Shown here: in pieces, positions 23,436 through 32,959 of the stretch
How the letters are laid out: each line of letters starts with the position of its first letter
Numbering within the stretch: position 1 is the first letter of the stretch
NCBI GenBank assembly: GCA_963744995.1
Contig: CAVUWA010000002.1
Span: 672,001-736,000, forward strand
Direction: 5' to 3'
DNA length: 64,000 nt
From: Candidatus Eiseniibacteriota bacterium
GTDB lineage: Bacteria; Eisenbacteria; RBG-16-71-46
Notes under the pieces: generated by a model
What the model saw: the letters and a program-made list of their open reading frames with translations, nothing else
What the model was told of the DNA's origin: nothing
Databases searched by the model: none
Program-made: the position numbers and the translations under genes

Positions 23436-26255
23436 ATGTCGCACCCCCGCGCGCTCGCCCGCGCGCTTCCGATCCTGCTGGCCACGGCCATCGCCGTGCC
23501 CGCCGCCGCGGCCGCCACACTTCCGCCCGGCATCGAGCAGCTCGACTCGCGCGGCGGCATCACCGAATACCGGCTGCGCTCGAACGACATGCACATCCTG
23601 CTCTCGCCCGATCACGCGGCGCCGGTGATCACCTTCGAGGTCGTCTACCACGTCGGCTCCCGCAACGAGGCGCCGGGCAACACGGGTTCGGCGCACCTGC
23701 TCGAGCACCTGCTCTTCAACAAGAGCACGAAGAACTTCGGCAAGGCCAACGGCAAGCCGACGTTCCAGGAGGTGCTCGCCGCAGCGGGCGCCGACTTCAC
23801 CTCGACCAACATGACGACCTGGCTCGATCGCATGACGGGCTACTCGACCCTGCCGAGCAACAGGCTGGATCTGGCCATGAAGATCGAGGCCGACCGCCTC
23901 GGCCGCGCGCTGCTGCTCGACTCCGAGCGCCAGCCGGAGATGAGCGTCGTGCGCAACGAGTACGAGATCGGCGAGAACAACCCGGAGCGGGCGCTCGACA
24001 AGGCAGTCATCGCCGCGGCGATCGCCGCCCATCCCTACCACTGGTCCACGATCGGCTATCGCTCCGACATCGAGGGCGTTTCCACCGCGACGCTGCGCGA
24101 GCACTACGAAGCCTTCTTCCATCCCGACAACGCGACGGCGATCCTGGTCGGCGACTTCGACACGCCGAAGGCGCTCGCCATGTTCGCGAGCGAGTTCGGC
24201 GCATTTTCCCACTCGAAGAAGCCGATCCCGAAGGTCATCACCGTCGAGCCGCCGCAGGAAGGCGAACGCCGGGTCACGGTCAGGCGGCAGGGGCAGGTGG
24301 GACTGGTGGAGCTCGCCTACATGCGGCCCGGCTCCAAGGACCCCGACTTCATCCCGATCGATGTGCTGCAGGCAGTCCTCGGTTTCGGCGTCAACTCGCG
24401 GCTCCATCAGGCGCTGGTCGAACAGCGGCTCGCGACCGACGTCACGGCGTCCAACTACACCCTGATGGATCCGTATCCGCTCGTCGTCCGTGCGACGGTC
24501 GCGCCGGGCGTGGAGCACCGGAAGGTCGAGGACGCGATCAAGGACGTGCTTTACGGCGTTGCGAAGAACGGCGTCACGGCGGACGAGGTGGCGCGCGCGA
24601 AGAGCCAAATCGAGGTGTCGGTGATCCGCTCGCGTGACGGCACCTACCACTACTGCTCGAGCCTGGGCGAAGCGGTGGCGTCCGCCGACTGGAAGTGGTT
24701 CGTGGACTACCTCGATCGGCTGCACCGGGTGACGCCGGAGGACGTGCAGCGGGTGGCCGCGAAGTACCTGGTGCCCGACCACGCCACGGTGGGCTGGTTC
24801 GTGCCCGAGAAGGGCGCCAGTGCGGCGGCCGCCTCCGCGGCGGCGCAGCGCGGTGGCGCGGACGCGGACCAGGCGTCTTCCGGGGCCGCACGCCATGAAA
24901 GCGCGGAACAGTCGCCTTCCAGCGTCGCCCGAAGCGCGACGCCCGTGGCCGCGAAAGCCGCTCCGGCCGCACCCGACGCCCGCACCTTCGTCGAGCGCAC
25001 CGTGCGCCGCGAGCTGCCGAACGGCATCGTGCTCGACGTGATCGCGAATCACGCGGTGCCGACGGTGGCGATCGAGGGGATCGTGCTCGCCGGGCAGATG
25101 CAGGCGCCGTCCGGCAAGCCGGCCGTACCCGGGCTCACGGCGATGATGCTCAATCGCGGCACGCAGTCGGCGAGCAAGGAGGCGATCGCGGCGAAGCTCG
25201 ACGGCGTGGGCGCGCAGCTCGACATCGAGAGCGGGCCGTACCACGCCACCGTCACCGGCGCCGGACTCTCACGTGACCTGCCGCTGCTGCTCGAAACGCT
25301 CGCGGACGAGCTCCAGCATCCGGCGTTCGCCGGGGGCGAGCTCGAAAAGGCCAGGCTCGAGATGAAGGCGAACGTCCTGCGCGCCGCCGACGACACGCGC
25401 CAGCGCGCGATGGATCTCGCTACGCAGCGGGTGTTCCCGGAGGGCCATCCGTACCGTGCGCCGGGGAAGGACGCGATGCTCTCGAGCATCGACGCGACGA
25501 CGCTCGACGATCTGCGTGCGTTCCACGCGAGCCGCTACGTCGGCGACGGCACGTGCGTCGCGATCGTCGGCGACGTGGACCCGGAGCGCGTGGTGGCGCT
25601 GTTCGAGAAGCAGTTCGGCGGCCTGCGGAAGGGGGCGAAGCCGGTCTACGGCGCCCCGCCGGTCGAGCTGGGCGAGGCGACCCGCGAAGTGATCACGATG
25701 CCCGGCAAGGCCAACCTCGACCTGATTTACGCCCACGCCAGCGGCCTCAAGCGCAGCGATTCGGATTACGACGCGGCGCTGATCGCCAATGCGGTGCTCG
25801 GCCAGAGCTCCCTCACCGCGCGGCTCGGCAAACGCATCCGTGACGCCGAAGGCCTGTCCTACACGCTGTGGTCGCGCTTCCTGATGAGCGACATGCTCGA
25901 CGGCCTCTGGCTCACCGACATCCGCATTGCACCGCAGAATCTGGGGAAGGCGATGCATTCGGCCGACGAGGTGATGGCGACCTACGCCAGGGAAGGGCCG
26001 ACCGACGCCGAAATCGAAGCACAGAAGAGCTTCTTCGCCGGCAACTACCAGGTGCATCTCGCCGACAATGCGGGCGTGGCGAATGCGCTGGTCGACGCCG
26101 AGAAGTTCGGCCTCGGGCCGGGCTACCTCGACGAATATCCGGCGCGCGTTCGTGCCGTCACGAAGGCGGAGGTCGTCGCGGCGATGCGCAAGCACATGCA
26201 TCCGGAGGCCGCGCACGTGATCGCCTCGGGTGACGTGCAGGCGCTGCCGCAGTAG
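23436..26255 (+). CDS. M16 (pitrilysin/PqqL-like) zinc protease, secreted, two-module
   Basis: Signal peptide; YHVGSRNE; inverted zinc motif HLLEH; second module with IRDAEGLSY. Confidence 0.92.
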   Translation: MSHPRALARALPILLATAIAVPAAAAATLPPGIEQLDSRGGITEYRLRSNDMHILLSPDHAAPVITFEVVYHVGSRNEAPGNTGSAHLLEHLLFNKSTKNFGKANGKPTFQEVLAAAGADFTSTNMTTWLDRMTGYSTLPSNRLDLAMKIEADRLGRALLLDSERQPEMSVVRNEYEIGENNPERALDKAVIAAAIAAHPYHWSTIGYRSDIEGVSTATLREHYEAFFHPDNATAILVGDFDTPKALAMFASEFGAFSHSKKPIPKVITVEPPQEGERRVTVRRQGQVGLVELAYMRPGSKDPDFIPIDVLQAVLGFGVNSRLHQALVEQRLATDVTASNYTLMDPYPLVVRATVAPGVEHRKVEDAIKDVLYGVAKNGVTADEVARAKSQIEVSVIRSRDGTYHYCSSLGEAVASADWKWFVDYLDRLHRVTPEDVQRVAAKYLVPDHATVGWFVPEKGASAAAASAAAQRGGADADQASSGAARHESAEQSPSSVARSATPVAAKAAPAAPDARTFVERTVRRELPNGIVLDVIANHAVPTVAIEGIVLAGQMQAPSGKPAVPGLTAMMLNRGTQSASKEAIAAKLDGVGAQLDIESGPYHATVTGAGLSRDLPLLLETLADELQHPAFAGGELEKARLEMKANVLRAADDTRQRAMDLATQRVFPEGHPYRAPGKDAMLSSIDATTLDDLRAFHASRYVGDGTCVAIVGDVDPERVVALFEKQFGGLRKGAKPVYGAPPVELGEATREVITMPGKANLDLIYAHASGLKRSDSDYDAALIANAVLGQSSLTARLGKRIRDAEGLSYTLWSRFLMSDMLDGLWLTDIRIAPQNLGKAMHSADEVMATYAREGPTDAEIEAQKSFFAGNYQVHLADNAGVANALVDAEKFGLGPGYLDEYPARVRAVTKAEVVAAMRKHMHPEAAHVIASGDVQALPQ

Positions 26256-26358
26256 GAATCGCGCGGGCGGCGCGGCCGGCGCGGCGACCGGCGCCGCGGG
26301 TGCGGCGGCCGGCGCCCGGGCGGGGGGCGTCGCCCCCGCCGGCGCGCCGGACTCCCCG

Positions 26359-26982
26359 CTACCGCCGATACCTCGACTTGACCTCACCCCACGTGGTGGA
26401 GCGGGCGTCGGTGGTCGTATCAGTGGCAGACGCCGAGGTCGTGTACACCCAGTCGCCGCTCGAACCACTGCCGTTGCCCGCGACGCCCGCCGCATAGAAG
26501 GCGACCGGGATGTTTCCCGATGCAGGCGGCGTCCAGTCGAACGCCCACTCGACCGGCGAGGACTGGGTCTGCTTGTTGTCGGTCTGGCGCACATAGCTGC
26601 GCGAGGCGAGCGTATTGCTGCCGGTCCCGATCGAGGTGCCTTCACCGGCCACGTTGGCAAACGTCCCGGCTCCGGTTCCGTCGCTCGAATTGATCGCCGT
26701 GACCTCGAAGCCCCATCTGCGGTTGCTGCTGCCCGACGTGTTGGAGGTCGAGATCCGCGCCCGGATCCGGTAGGTGTTCCCGACGCGATAGTACGCGGGG
26801 ACGTCGAGCAGCTGAATGCTGCCGCTCTGATTGAGCGAGTACGAACCGTGGCAATCGTGACAGGTGCCTTCGCTCGGGGCGCCGGTCCTCGACACGGGGG
26901 GGTTGCTGTTGTAGGCGACCGCAGCGGCGGCACAGAAAGCGAGACTCGCGACGACGACGAACGGGATCGAAGCCCTGCGCAT
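26359..26982 (-). CDS. Secreted Reeler-like (choice-of-anchor V type) protein with CxxCH and C-terminal TWGxxKxxYR tail
   Basis: Signal peptide; RTGAPSEGTCHDCH; WGFEVTA; WAFDWTPP; FYAAGVAGNG; ends STTWGEVKSRYRR. Confidence 0.75.
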   Translation of the reverse strand: MRRASIPFVVVASLAFCAAAAVAYNSNPPVSRTGAPSEGTCHDCHGSYSLNQSGSIQLLDVPAYYRVGNTYRIRARISTSNTSGSSNRRWGFEVTAINSSDGTGAGTFANVAGEGTSIGTGSNTLASRSYVRQTDNKQTQSSPVEWAFDWTPPASGNIPVAFYAAGVAGNGSGSSGDWVYTTSASATDTTTDARSTTWGEVKSRYRR

Positions 26983-27227
26983 GAATTCCTCCGGGAGACC
27001 GGAGCAGCCTGGGGGTGTCAGGGCTCCTGCATGTAACGAGCCAGTCGAAGCCGCCGCGAACCGATACCGTATCGTTCAATGAGGCTTGGAGTTGCGGGGC
27101 CGCGCGGGTCCGGGACCGGGCACCGGCGCCTCGTTCCCGGATGCCAGTCCGGCAGGCGCCAGGACCGGATGTCAGACAGGGCGGCGCCGGGCGTCCGGTC
27201 CCGTCCGGCACTCCCGCGGGCGCGTCC

Positions 27228-28412
27228 TCACGCCACCCAGCGCAGCAGCACCGCGCACAGCAGCCCGGCGTAGAGACCGAGGATGTTGCCGAGCACGCCG
27301 AGCAGCAGGCCGACCGGCGCGAGTGACGGCTGGTACACGGAAGCCACGATCGGCGCCGATACGACCCCGCCGACGTTGGCCTGGGAGGCGGTCGCGATCA
27401 GGAACATCGGCGCCTTGAGCAGTCTTCCGCCCATGAACAGGATCGCGGCGTGGAACAGGATCCACACCATCCCGACCAGGAAGAAGATCGGCGCGTCGAG
27501 GACCGCACGCAGGTCGGCCTGCGCGCCGAGCGTGGTGAGAAGCACGTAAAGGAACAGGTTGCCGACATGCGAAGCGCCGGCGCCTTCGAGGCGCGCGGCG
27601 GGAGTGAACGAGAGTGCGATACCCACGGTGGCGCCGAGAATCACCGTCCAGCCGAACGCCGAGATGATCCCGCCGAGCGGCGGCAGCCAGGCGCCGAGCG
27701 CCGTACAGGCCCAGCCGACGCCCATGCCGATCGCGACGATCACGGCGAGGTCCACGAACTCGGTCGGCCGCCGCTGCGACGCCTGAAAGTCGGCGATCCG
27801 CCGGTTCAGGTCGTCCACGATGGAACGGTCCACGCCGAAGTGGCGGTCCACGCGGTCCTGAAACGCGGACAGCGCCATGACCACGCCCATCCAGCCGTAG
27901 CCGATCAGCACGTCCACCACGATCATCACACCGAAGATGCCCTCCGGCGTGCCGAGCGATTCCTTGATCGCAACCATGTTGGACGAGCCGCCGATCCACG
28001 AGCCGGACAGCGCGCCCATGCCCATCCACGTGTCGGCGGGGAGCCACGCCTTGAACAGCAGCAGCGCGAGCGGTGCGCCGAGCACGATCCCGGCGGTGCC
28101 GAACAACATCGTACCGACGGCTTTGGGGCCGAGCCTGGCGAGCGACTTCGCGTCGGAGGAGAGCAGCAGCAGCACGAGACCGGGCGGCAGCAGCAGCCGG
28201 ATCACCTCTCCGTAGAGCGGCGATGACTTCGGGAACAGGCCCGCCGAGGTGCCGAGCATCGGGATGAAGTAGACCCAGAGGATGGGCGGGAAGATGCTGA
28301 AGAAGCCGCGCAGCGCCGGCCGCGCGCGCAGCCAGTAGATGGCGCCGACGATCACCACAAACGCGGCAAGCAGGGAGGGCCCATCGGTGATCAGGGCGGC
28401 CGTGCGGTCCAT
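27228..28412 (-). CDS. DUF819-family membrane protein
   Basis: GSWIGGSSNM and ASQANVGG motifs; about 10-11 TM helices. Confidence 0.85.
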   Translation of the reverse strand: MDRTAALITDGPSLLAAFVVIVGAIYWLRARPALRGFFSIFPPILWVYFIPMLGTSAGLFPKSSPLYGEVIRLLLPPGLVLLLLSSDAKSLARLGPKAVGTMLFGTAGIVLGAPLALLLFKAWLPADTWMGMGALSGSWIGGSSNMVAIKESLGTPEGIFGVMIVVDVLIGYGWMGVVMALSAFQDRVDRHFGVDRSIVDDLNRRIADFQASQRRPTEFVDLAVIVAIGMGVGWACTALGAWLPPLGGIISAFGWTVILGATVGIALSFTPAARLEGAGASHVGNLFLYVLLTTLGAQADLRAVLDAPIFFLVGMVWILFHAAILFMGGRLLKAPMFLIATASQANVGGVVSAPIVASVYQPSLAPVGLLLGVLGNILGLYAGLLCAVLLRWVA

Positions 28413-28512
28413 GGCGCGGCACTATGGACGCCCGCGCGGTGGATGCCAACCGGAATCGGACGCCGACCGCGGTGCGGCGCAGATGCGCCCGGCGCCGGCG
28501 CGCGCTCCGCCG

Positions 28513-30330
28513 TCAGGCGGCCTGACGCGCCCGCGGTTCGATCGGCAGCCGGATCGTAAAGGAGGCGCCGCCTTCAGGGCGGTTGCCCGCCTCGATCGTG
28601 CCGCCGTGCGCCTCGACGATCCCGCGCGTGATGCCGAGACCCAGGCCGAGGCCGGATGCCCTGGTGCTCTCCGCCTCGCCGGAGGAGTGGTGCAACGTGC
28701 TGCCCGCCGAATAGCCGTGATCGAAGACGCTGGCGAGGCGCTTCTCGGGGATGCCACTACCCGTGTCGCTGATCTCGATCTCCGCGACCCCCGGGCCGCG
28801 CCGGAGGGTGATGTCCACGCGGCCGCCGTCGGGGGTGAAGTGGATTGCGTTCGAGATCAGGTGGGTGAGGGCCTGCTCGATGAGCTGTGGATCGAGATCG
28901 AGCGCGCCGATCGAGGGATCGAGATGCTTGTCGATCACCACCCGACGCTCGGCGGCGCCGGCGAGGGCCGCGCCGATCGCCCGGCTGATGAGCGGCTCCA
29001 GCGGCTGCGGGCTGAAGTTCGGCGTCAGCCGTTCGTTGCGAATGTCCGCCATCGAAGTGGCCTGATCGGCGACCTGCTTCAGCTTGCCCAGGGCGCTGGC
29101 GATGGCCTGCAGCGCCTGACGCTGCCGCGGATCCAGCGGCCCCAGCTCCTCGTTCGAGAGCAGGGCGCGATAGCCGTCGATGACGCTGATCGGCGTGCGC
29201 AGCTCGTGCGAGGCGATGTTGATGAAGTCGGTCTTGATCCGCATCGTTTCTTCCAGGCTGCCGACGTACAACTCTTCGCGATGGCGCATCTCGTCGAAAC
29301 GCCTGGCGAGGAAGCCGATCTCGTCCCGGCTGCCAACCTTCAGCGGATGAGCGTAGTTGCCCTTCTGGATCTCCTGCGCGGCACGCACCAGCTGCTGAAT
29401 CGGCCGCCGGATCTGTCCCGACAGGAACAGTCCGGTGCCGAGCGCCGCGAGCAGGGCGAGCACCGCCAGCAGCGCAAGATCCTGCTGCGTCTTCTTGAGG
29501 AAGACCAGCTCCGGATCGAATGCCCGCTGCATGGCGAAGTACTGTCCCTTCGTCGAATCGGAGCCGGGGATCCGCCGCACGACCGTGATGTAGGTCAGCT
29601 CCTGACCTTTGACCTTGAAGATCCCGCGCGTCTCGATGTCGCCCGCCGCTTCGGTCTCCCGCACGGCTTCCATCAGGCTCGTCCGGTCCCGGTTCCTCGG
29701 CAGTGTGCTGGCCGTGATCGCACCGTTGGCGATGAACGTCACCTCGCTGCGCATCTGTCCGCGCAGTTCGCGGGCAACCGATGGGCCGATCTCGGAGCCC
29801 ATCAGCAGCACGCCGACGACGCGGCCGTCGGCGCGAATCGGCGTCGACACGAGCTGGTACTGACTGCCGTCGATCAGGGTGACGGCGTTTGCGCCCTCGC
29901 CGGCGCGCGCCCGCTGGATGAGGTCGTCGACGATCCCGGAGCGGGGCGTGATCGAGCCGGCCGACGCGAGCCTCCGGCCCCGGCGATCGAACACCTCGAA
30001 GACGTCGGTCTCCGTGATCCGGTTGAAGTCGGCGGCCATGCTGCGGACGGTCGCGTCGAAGCTGCGATCGCGCTGGTATTCGCCGAGCGTGACCAGCGAG
30101 AAGAAACGCGGATCGCGGGCGATGACCTCGGCGCCGCCGGTGAGCGCGTGGGAACGTCCGGCCAGCATGTACTCGAGCACCCGCACGGAGTGATCGAGAC
30201 TTTCGTGAATGCTCGAGCCGTCCACGTGCTCGTGCACGCTGCGTCGAACCGTCACCATCGTCGCGATGCCGAGAATCAGCGGCGTTACCGCCGTGATGAA
30301 GATGATCTTGCCGCGCAGGCCGATACGCAT
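28513..30330 (-). CDS. Membrane sensor histidine kinase (periplasmic Cache-like domain, HAMP, HisKA, HATPase)
   Basis: Two TMs; DEIGFLARRF (HAMP); ASHELRTP; NAIHFT; DTGSGI; GLGLGL. Confidence 0.93.
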   Translation of the reverse strand: MRIGLRGKIIFITAVTPLILGIATMVTVRRSVHEHVDGSSIHESLDHSVRVLEYMLAGRSHALTGGAEVIARDPRFFSLVTLGEYQRDRSFDATVRSMAADFNRITETDVFEVFDRRGRRLASAGSITPRSGIVDDLIQRARAGEGANAVTLIDGSQYQLVSTPIRADGRVVGVLLMGSEIGPSVARELRGQMRSEVTFIANGAITASTLPRNRDRTSLMEAVRETEAAGDIETRGIFKVKGQELTYITVVRRIPGSDSTKGQYFAMQRAFDPELVFLKKTQQDLALLAVLALLAALGTGLFLSGQIRRPIQQLVRAAQEIQKGNYAHPLKVGSRDEIGFLARRFDEMRHREELYVGSLEETMRIKTDFINIASHELRTPISVIDGYRALLSNEELGPLDPRQRQALQAIASALGKLKQVADQATSMADIRNERLTPNFSPQPLEPLISRAIGAALAGAAERRVVIDKHLDPSIGALDLDPQLIEQALTHLISNAIHFTPDGGRVDITLRRGPGVAEIEISDTGSGIPEKRLASVFDHGYSAGSTLHHSSGEAESTRASGLGLGLGITRGIVEAHGGTIEAGNRPEGGASFTIRLPIEPRARQAA

Positions 30331-30331
30331 G

Positions 30332-31057
30332 TCAGAACGACAGCGCGAGCGTCATGTCACCGTGTTTCGGCAGCACGACGCCGATCACGTGATCGCCATG
30401 ATGGGGATGCCAGTAATGCAGGTGGTAGGAACCCTCGGGCAGATTCGGCAGCGTGAACCGTCCCAGCGAATCCGGTGCGGCGTAGGCATGATTGGGCGTC
30501 ACCACGACGAACCCGATCTCGTCGGGATGGATGTCGCAGTGCAGGTTCACGATCCCCGGATGGTCGAAGGCGATCGTATCGGTGATTCCCGGCGCATAGC
30601 GGCCCAGGTCGAAGCGCTTCGCCGCGCTGACGCTGAAGGTGTTGTGGTAGACGCGATCGAGGTTCATCAGTTCGATGGACTCGCCGGCGGTCGTGACGAA
30701 TACACGGGGCACGAATCCCTGCTGTGACTGCACCAGCCGCTTCAGGCGCGGCGTCGGTTCGTGCACCCAGGGCAGCCATGAGAACCAGCGCGAGCGCGTC
30801 TTCGCGCGGGCGAGCCGTTGCTCGGTCTTCGGATCGATGCGCTTCACGTAGAGCACCGCATCGCTGATGCCGCGTTGCGCGTCGAGCAGACGGCGGACGT
30901 CCGGGCCGGGCCGCGCCCCGGGATCCAGCGCGGCGGCCACCAGCGCCGGGCTCCTTTCGCTGGAGCGTTCGAGCCACAGTTGTCCGTGGATCACGCCCGC
31001 CCGGGCCGGCAGGACGAGCATCAGCGTGGCGGCGGCGGCCACGACGATCACACGCAT
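30332..31057 (-). CDS. Secreted cupredoxin-like plus carboxypeptidase-regulatory-like domain protein
   Basis: Signal peptide; FVPRVFV; NLDRVYHNTFS; HCDIHPDE; GRFTLPNLPEGSYHL. Lies 1 nt upstream of the kinase. Confidence 0.75.
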   Translation of the reverse strand: MRVIVVAAAATLMLVLPARAGVIHGQLWLERSSERSPALVAAALDPGARPGPDVRRLLDAQRGISDAVLYVKRIDPKTEQRLARAKTRSRWFSWLPWVHEPTPRLKRLVQSQQGFVPRVFVTTAGESIELMNLDRVYHNTFSVSAAKRFDLGRYAPGITDTIAFDHPGIVNLHCDIHPDEIGFVVVTPNHAYAAPDSLGRFTLPNLPEGSYHLHYWHPHHGDHVIGVVLPKHGDMTLALSF

Positions 31058-31344
31058 GAAGGGACTCCTTCCCTGGAGGGGTCCGGTACGCCGGACTCCG
31101 AGTGATCTTCACGGAGGTATCGGCCCCCGGAAGCCGCGTCCTCACCGTTTTCGCGGGGGCCGGCCCGGGGCCTCCCGCGGGCGCTGCTGCGGGGGCCCGG
31201 GGCGGCGGGGCCGCAGGCGTGCCTCCGATTTGCGGGGAGACTTGAGGATCGCGCGTGATCCCTTACGATGGGACGAGATCGCCGTTCGCGCGGAACGCCC
31301 GCCGCGATCACGATGTGCTGCCCCCTGACCCCCGCGAGTCCGCC

Positions 31345-32712
31345 ATGTCATTCGCCAGCATCGATCCCGCCACCGGTCGCACGCTCCGTGAGTACGACCT
31401 GATGGACGACGTCGCGGTGCGGGCCGCCATCGCCACCGCCCGTGATGGTTTCGTCACCTGGCGCGAGCGCGGTGTCCGGCGGCGCACCGGCGTACTCACC
31501 AGGGCGGCAGCGGTGCTGCGCTCGCGCGCCGGAGATTTTGCCGAGTTGATGGCGGAAGAGATGGGCAAGCCGCTCGCGCAGGGACGTGGCGAGATCGAGA
31601 AGTGCGCGTGGGTGTGCGAATGGTACGCCGAACACGCCGCCGCGTTCCTCGAGCCGGAGACGGTGGCGACCGACGCCGCGCGCAGCTTCGTCGCGTGGGA
31701 GCCGATCGGGCCGATCTTCGCGATCATGCCGTGGAACTTCCCGTTCTGGCAGGTGTTCCGCTTCGCCGCCCCGAATCTGGCCGCCGGCAACGTCGCTCTG
31801 CTCAAACACGCGGAACGGGTACCGGCGTGCGCACTCGCGATCGAGACGGTGTTCGGCGAGGCCGGTCTGCCGCGTGGCGGGTTCACCAATCTGTTCATCA
31901 CCCATGCCCAGGCCGAGGCGGTGATCGCCGATCCGGCGATCCGCGGCGTCACGCTCACCGGCAGCCCGCGCGCCGGGCGCGCGGTGGCGGGGCTCGCCGG
32001 CGCGCACCTCAAGAAGACGGTGCTCGAACTCGGCGGATCGGATCCGTACCTGATTCTCGAGGACGCGGATCTCGACCTCGCCGCGGCGGCGTGCACGACC
32101 AGCCGGATGATCAACTCCGGGCAGAGTTGCATCGGTGCCAAGCGCTTCGTGGTGGCCGAATCGGTGCGCGCGGCGTTCACCGAGCGCTTCGTCGCAAGGA
32201 TGGCCGCGGCGAAGATGGGTGATCCGCGGGATCCGGCCACCACGCTCGGCCCGCTCGCGCGCCTCGACCTGCGCGACACCCTGCACCGGCAGGTGGAGGA
32301 CAGCGTCGCGCGCGGCGCGAAGGTGCTCATCGGCGGTCGCGTGCCCGATCCGCCCGGCGCCTTCTACCCGGCGACCGTGCTGGACGGCGTCACGCCGGGC
32401 ATGCCGGCGTTCGAAGAAGAGCTGTTCGGACCCGTGGCGGCGATCGTGCCGGCGGCCGACCAGGCGGAGGCGATTCGTCTCGCCAACGCCTCATCGCTCG
32501 GGCTCGGCGCGGCGGTGTTCTCGCGCGACGTCGAGCGCGCGACATGGATCGCCACGCACGCACTCGAGGCGGGCGCATGCGCCGTGAACGACTTCGTGCG
32601 CTCCGACCCGCGGTTGCCGTTCGGCGGCGTCAAAGACAGCGGCTACGGGCGCGAACTCGCGCGGCTCGGCATGCAGGAGTTCCTGAACGCGAAGGCGGTC
32701 GTCGTCGGCTGA
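31345..32712 (+). CDS. NAD(P)-dependent succinate-semialdehyde dehydrogenase (Sad/GabD-type ALDH)
   Basis: IMPWNFPFWQ, LTGS, LELGGSDP, GQSCI, EELFGP, PFGGVKDSGYGREL. Confidence 0.9.
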   Translation: MSFASIDPATGRTLREYDLMDDVAVRAAIATARDGFVTWRERGVRRRTGVLTRAAAVLRSRAGDFAELMAEEMGKPLAQGRGEIEKCAWVCEWYAEHAAAFLEPETVATDAARSFVAWEPIGPIFAIMPWNFPFWQVFRFAAPNLAAGNVALLKHAERVPACALAIETVFGEAGLPRGGFTNLFITHAQAEAVIADPAIRGVTLTGSPRAGRAVAGLAGAHLKKTVLELGGSDPYLILEDADLDLAAAACTTSRMINSGQSCIGAKRFVVAESVRAAFTERFVARMAAAKMGDPRDPATTLGPLARLDLRDTLHRQVEDSVARGAKVLIGGRVPDPPGAFYPATVLDGVTPGMPAFEEELFGPVAAIVPAADQAEAIRLANASSLGLGAAVFSRDVERATWIATHALEAGACAVNDFVRSDPRLPFGGVKDSGYGRELARLGMQEFLNAKAVVVG

Positions 32713-32959
32713 TCGTCCGCCGCCACGTGCCGAAACCGCAGCAGTGCGGCGCCTTGCGTAGAATTCACAATGCGTTTGCATGATCGTCTCCGGTGTGTTC
32801 ACATCCGGGCACACGACCACACCTCGCTCGAACGGCCTGCTGGCATGAGCGCCTTTCGACCCAAGGATGTCGGCGCGTCGCGTGATTGCGTCGGGAACCG
32901 CTCGAGCCTCATCAGGCCCGGTGCGCCCGCGCCCCGGTCCGGAACCTCTCCGGAGACCC

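Noticed and set aside
26256..26358. GC-rich hairpins between the convergent M16 and Reeler genes as a REP/MITE element
   Set aside because: The sequence is almost pure G/C, where stems arise by chance, and no second copy was noticed in the window.
32753..32770. Rex operator-like TTGCGTAGAATTCACAA
   Set aside because: One half-site matches, but the spacing is one base short of TTGTGAA-N4-TTCACAA and the left arm has mismatches.
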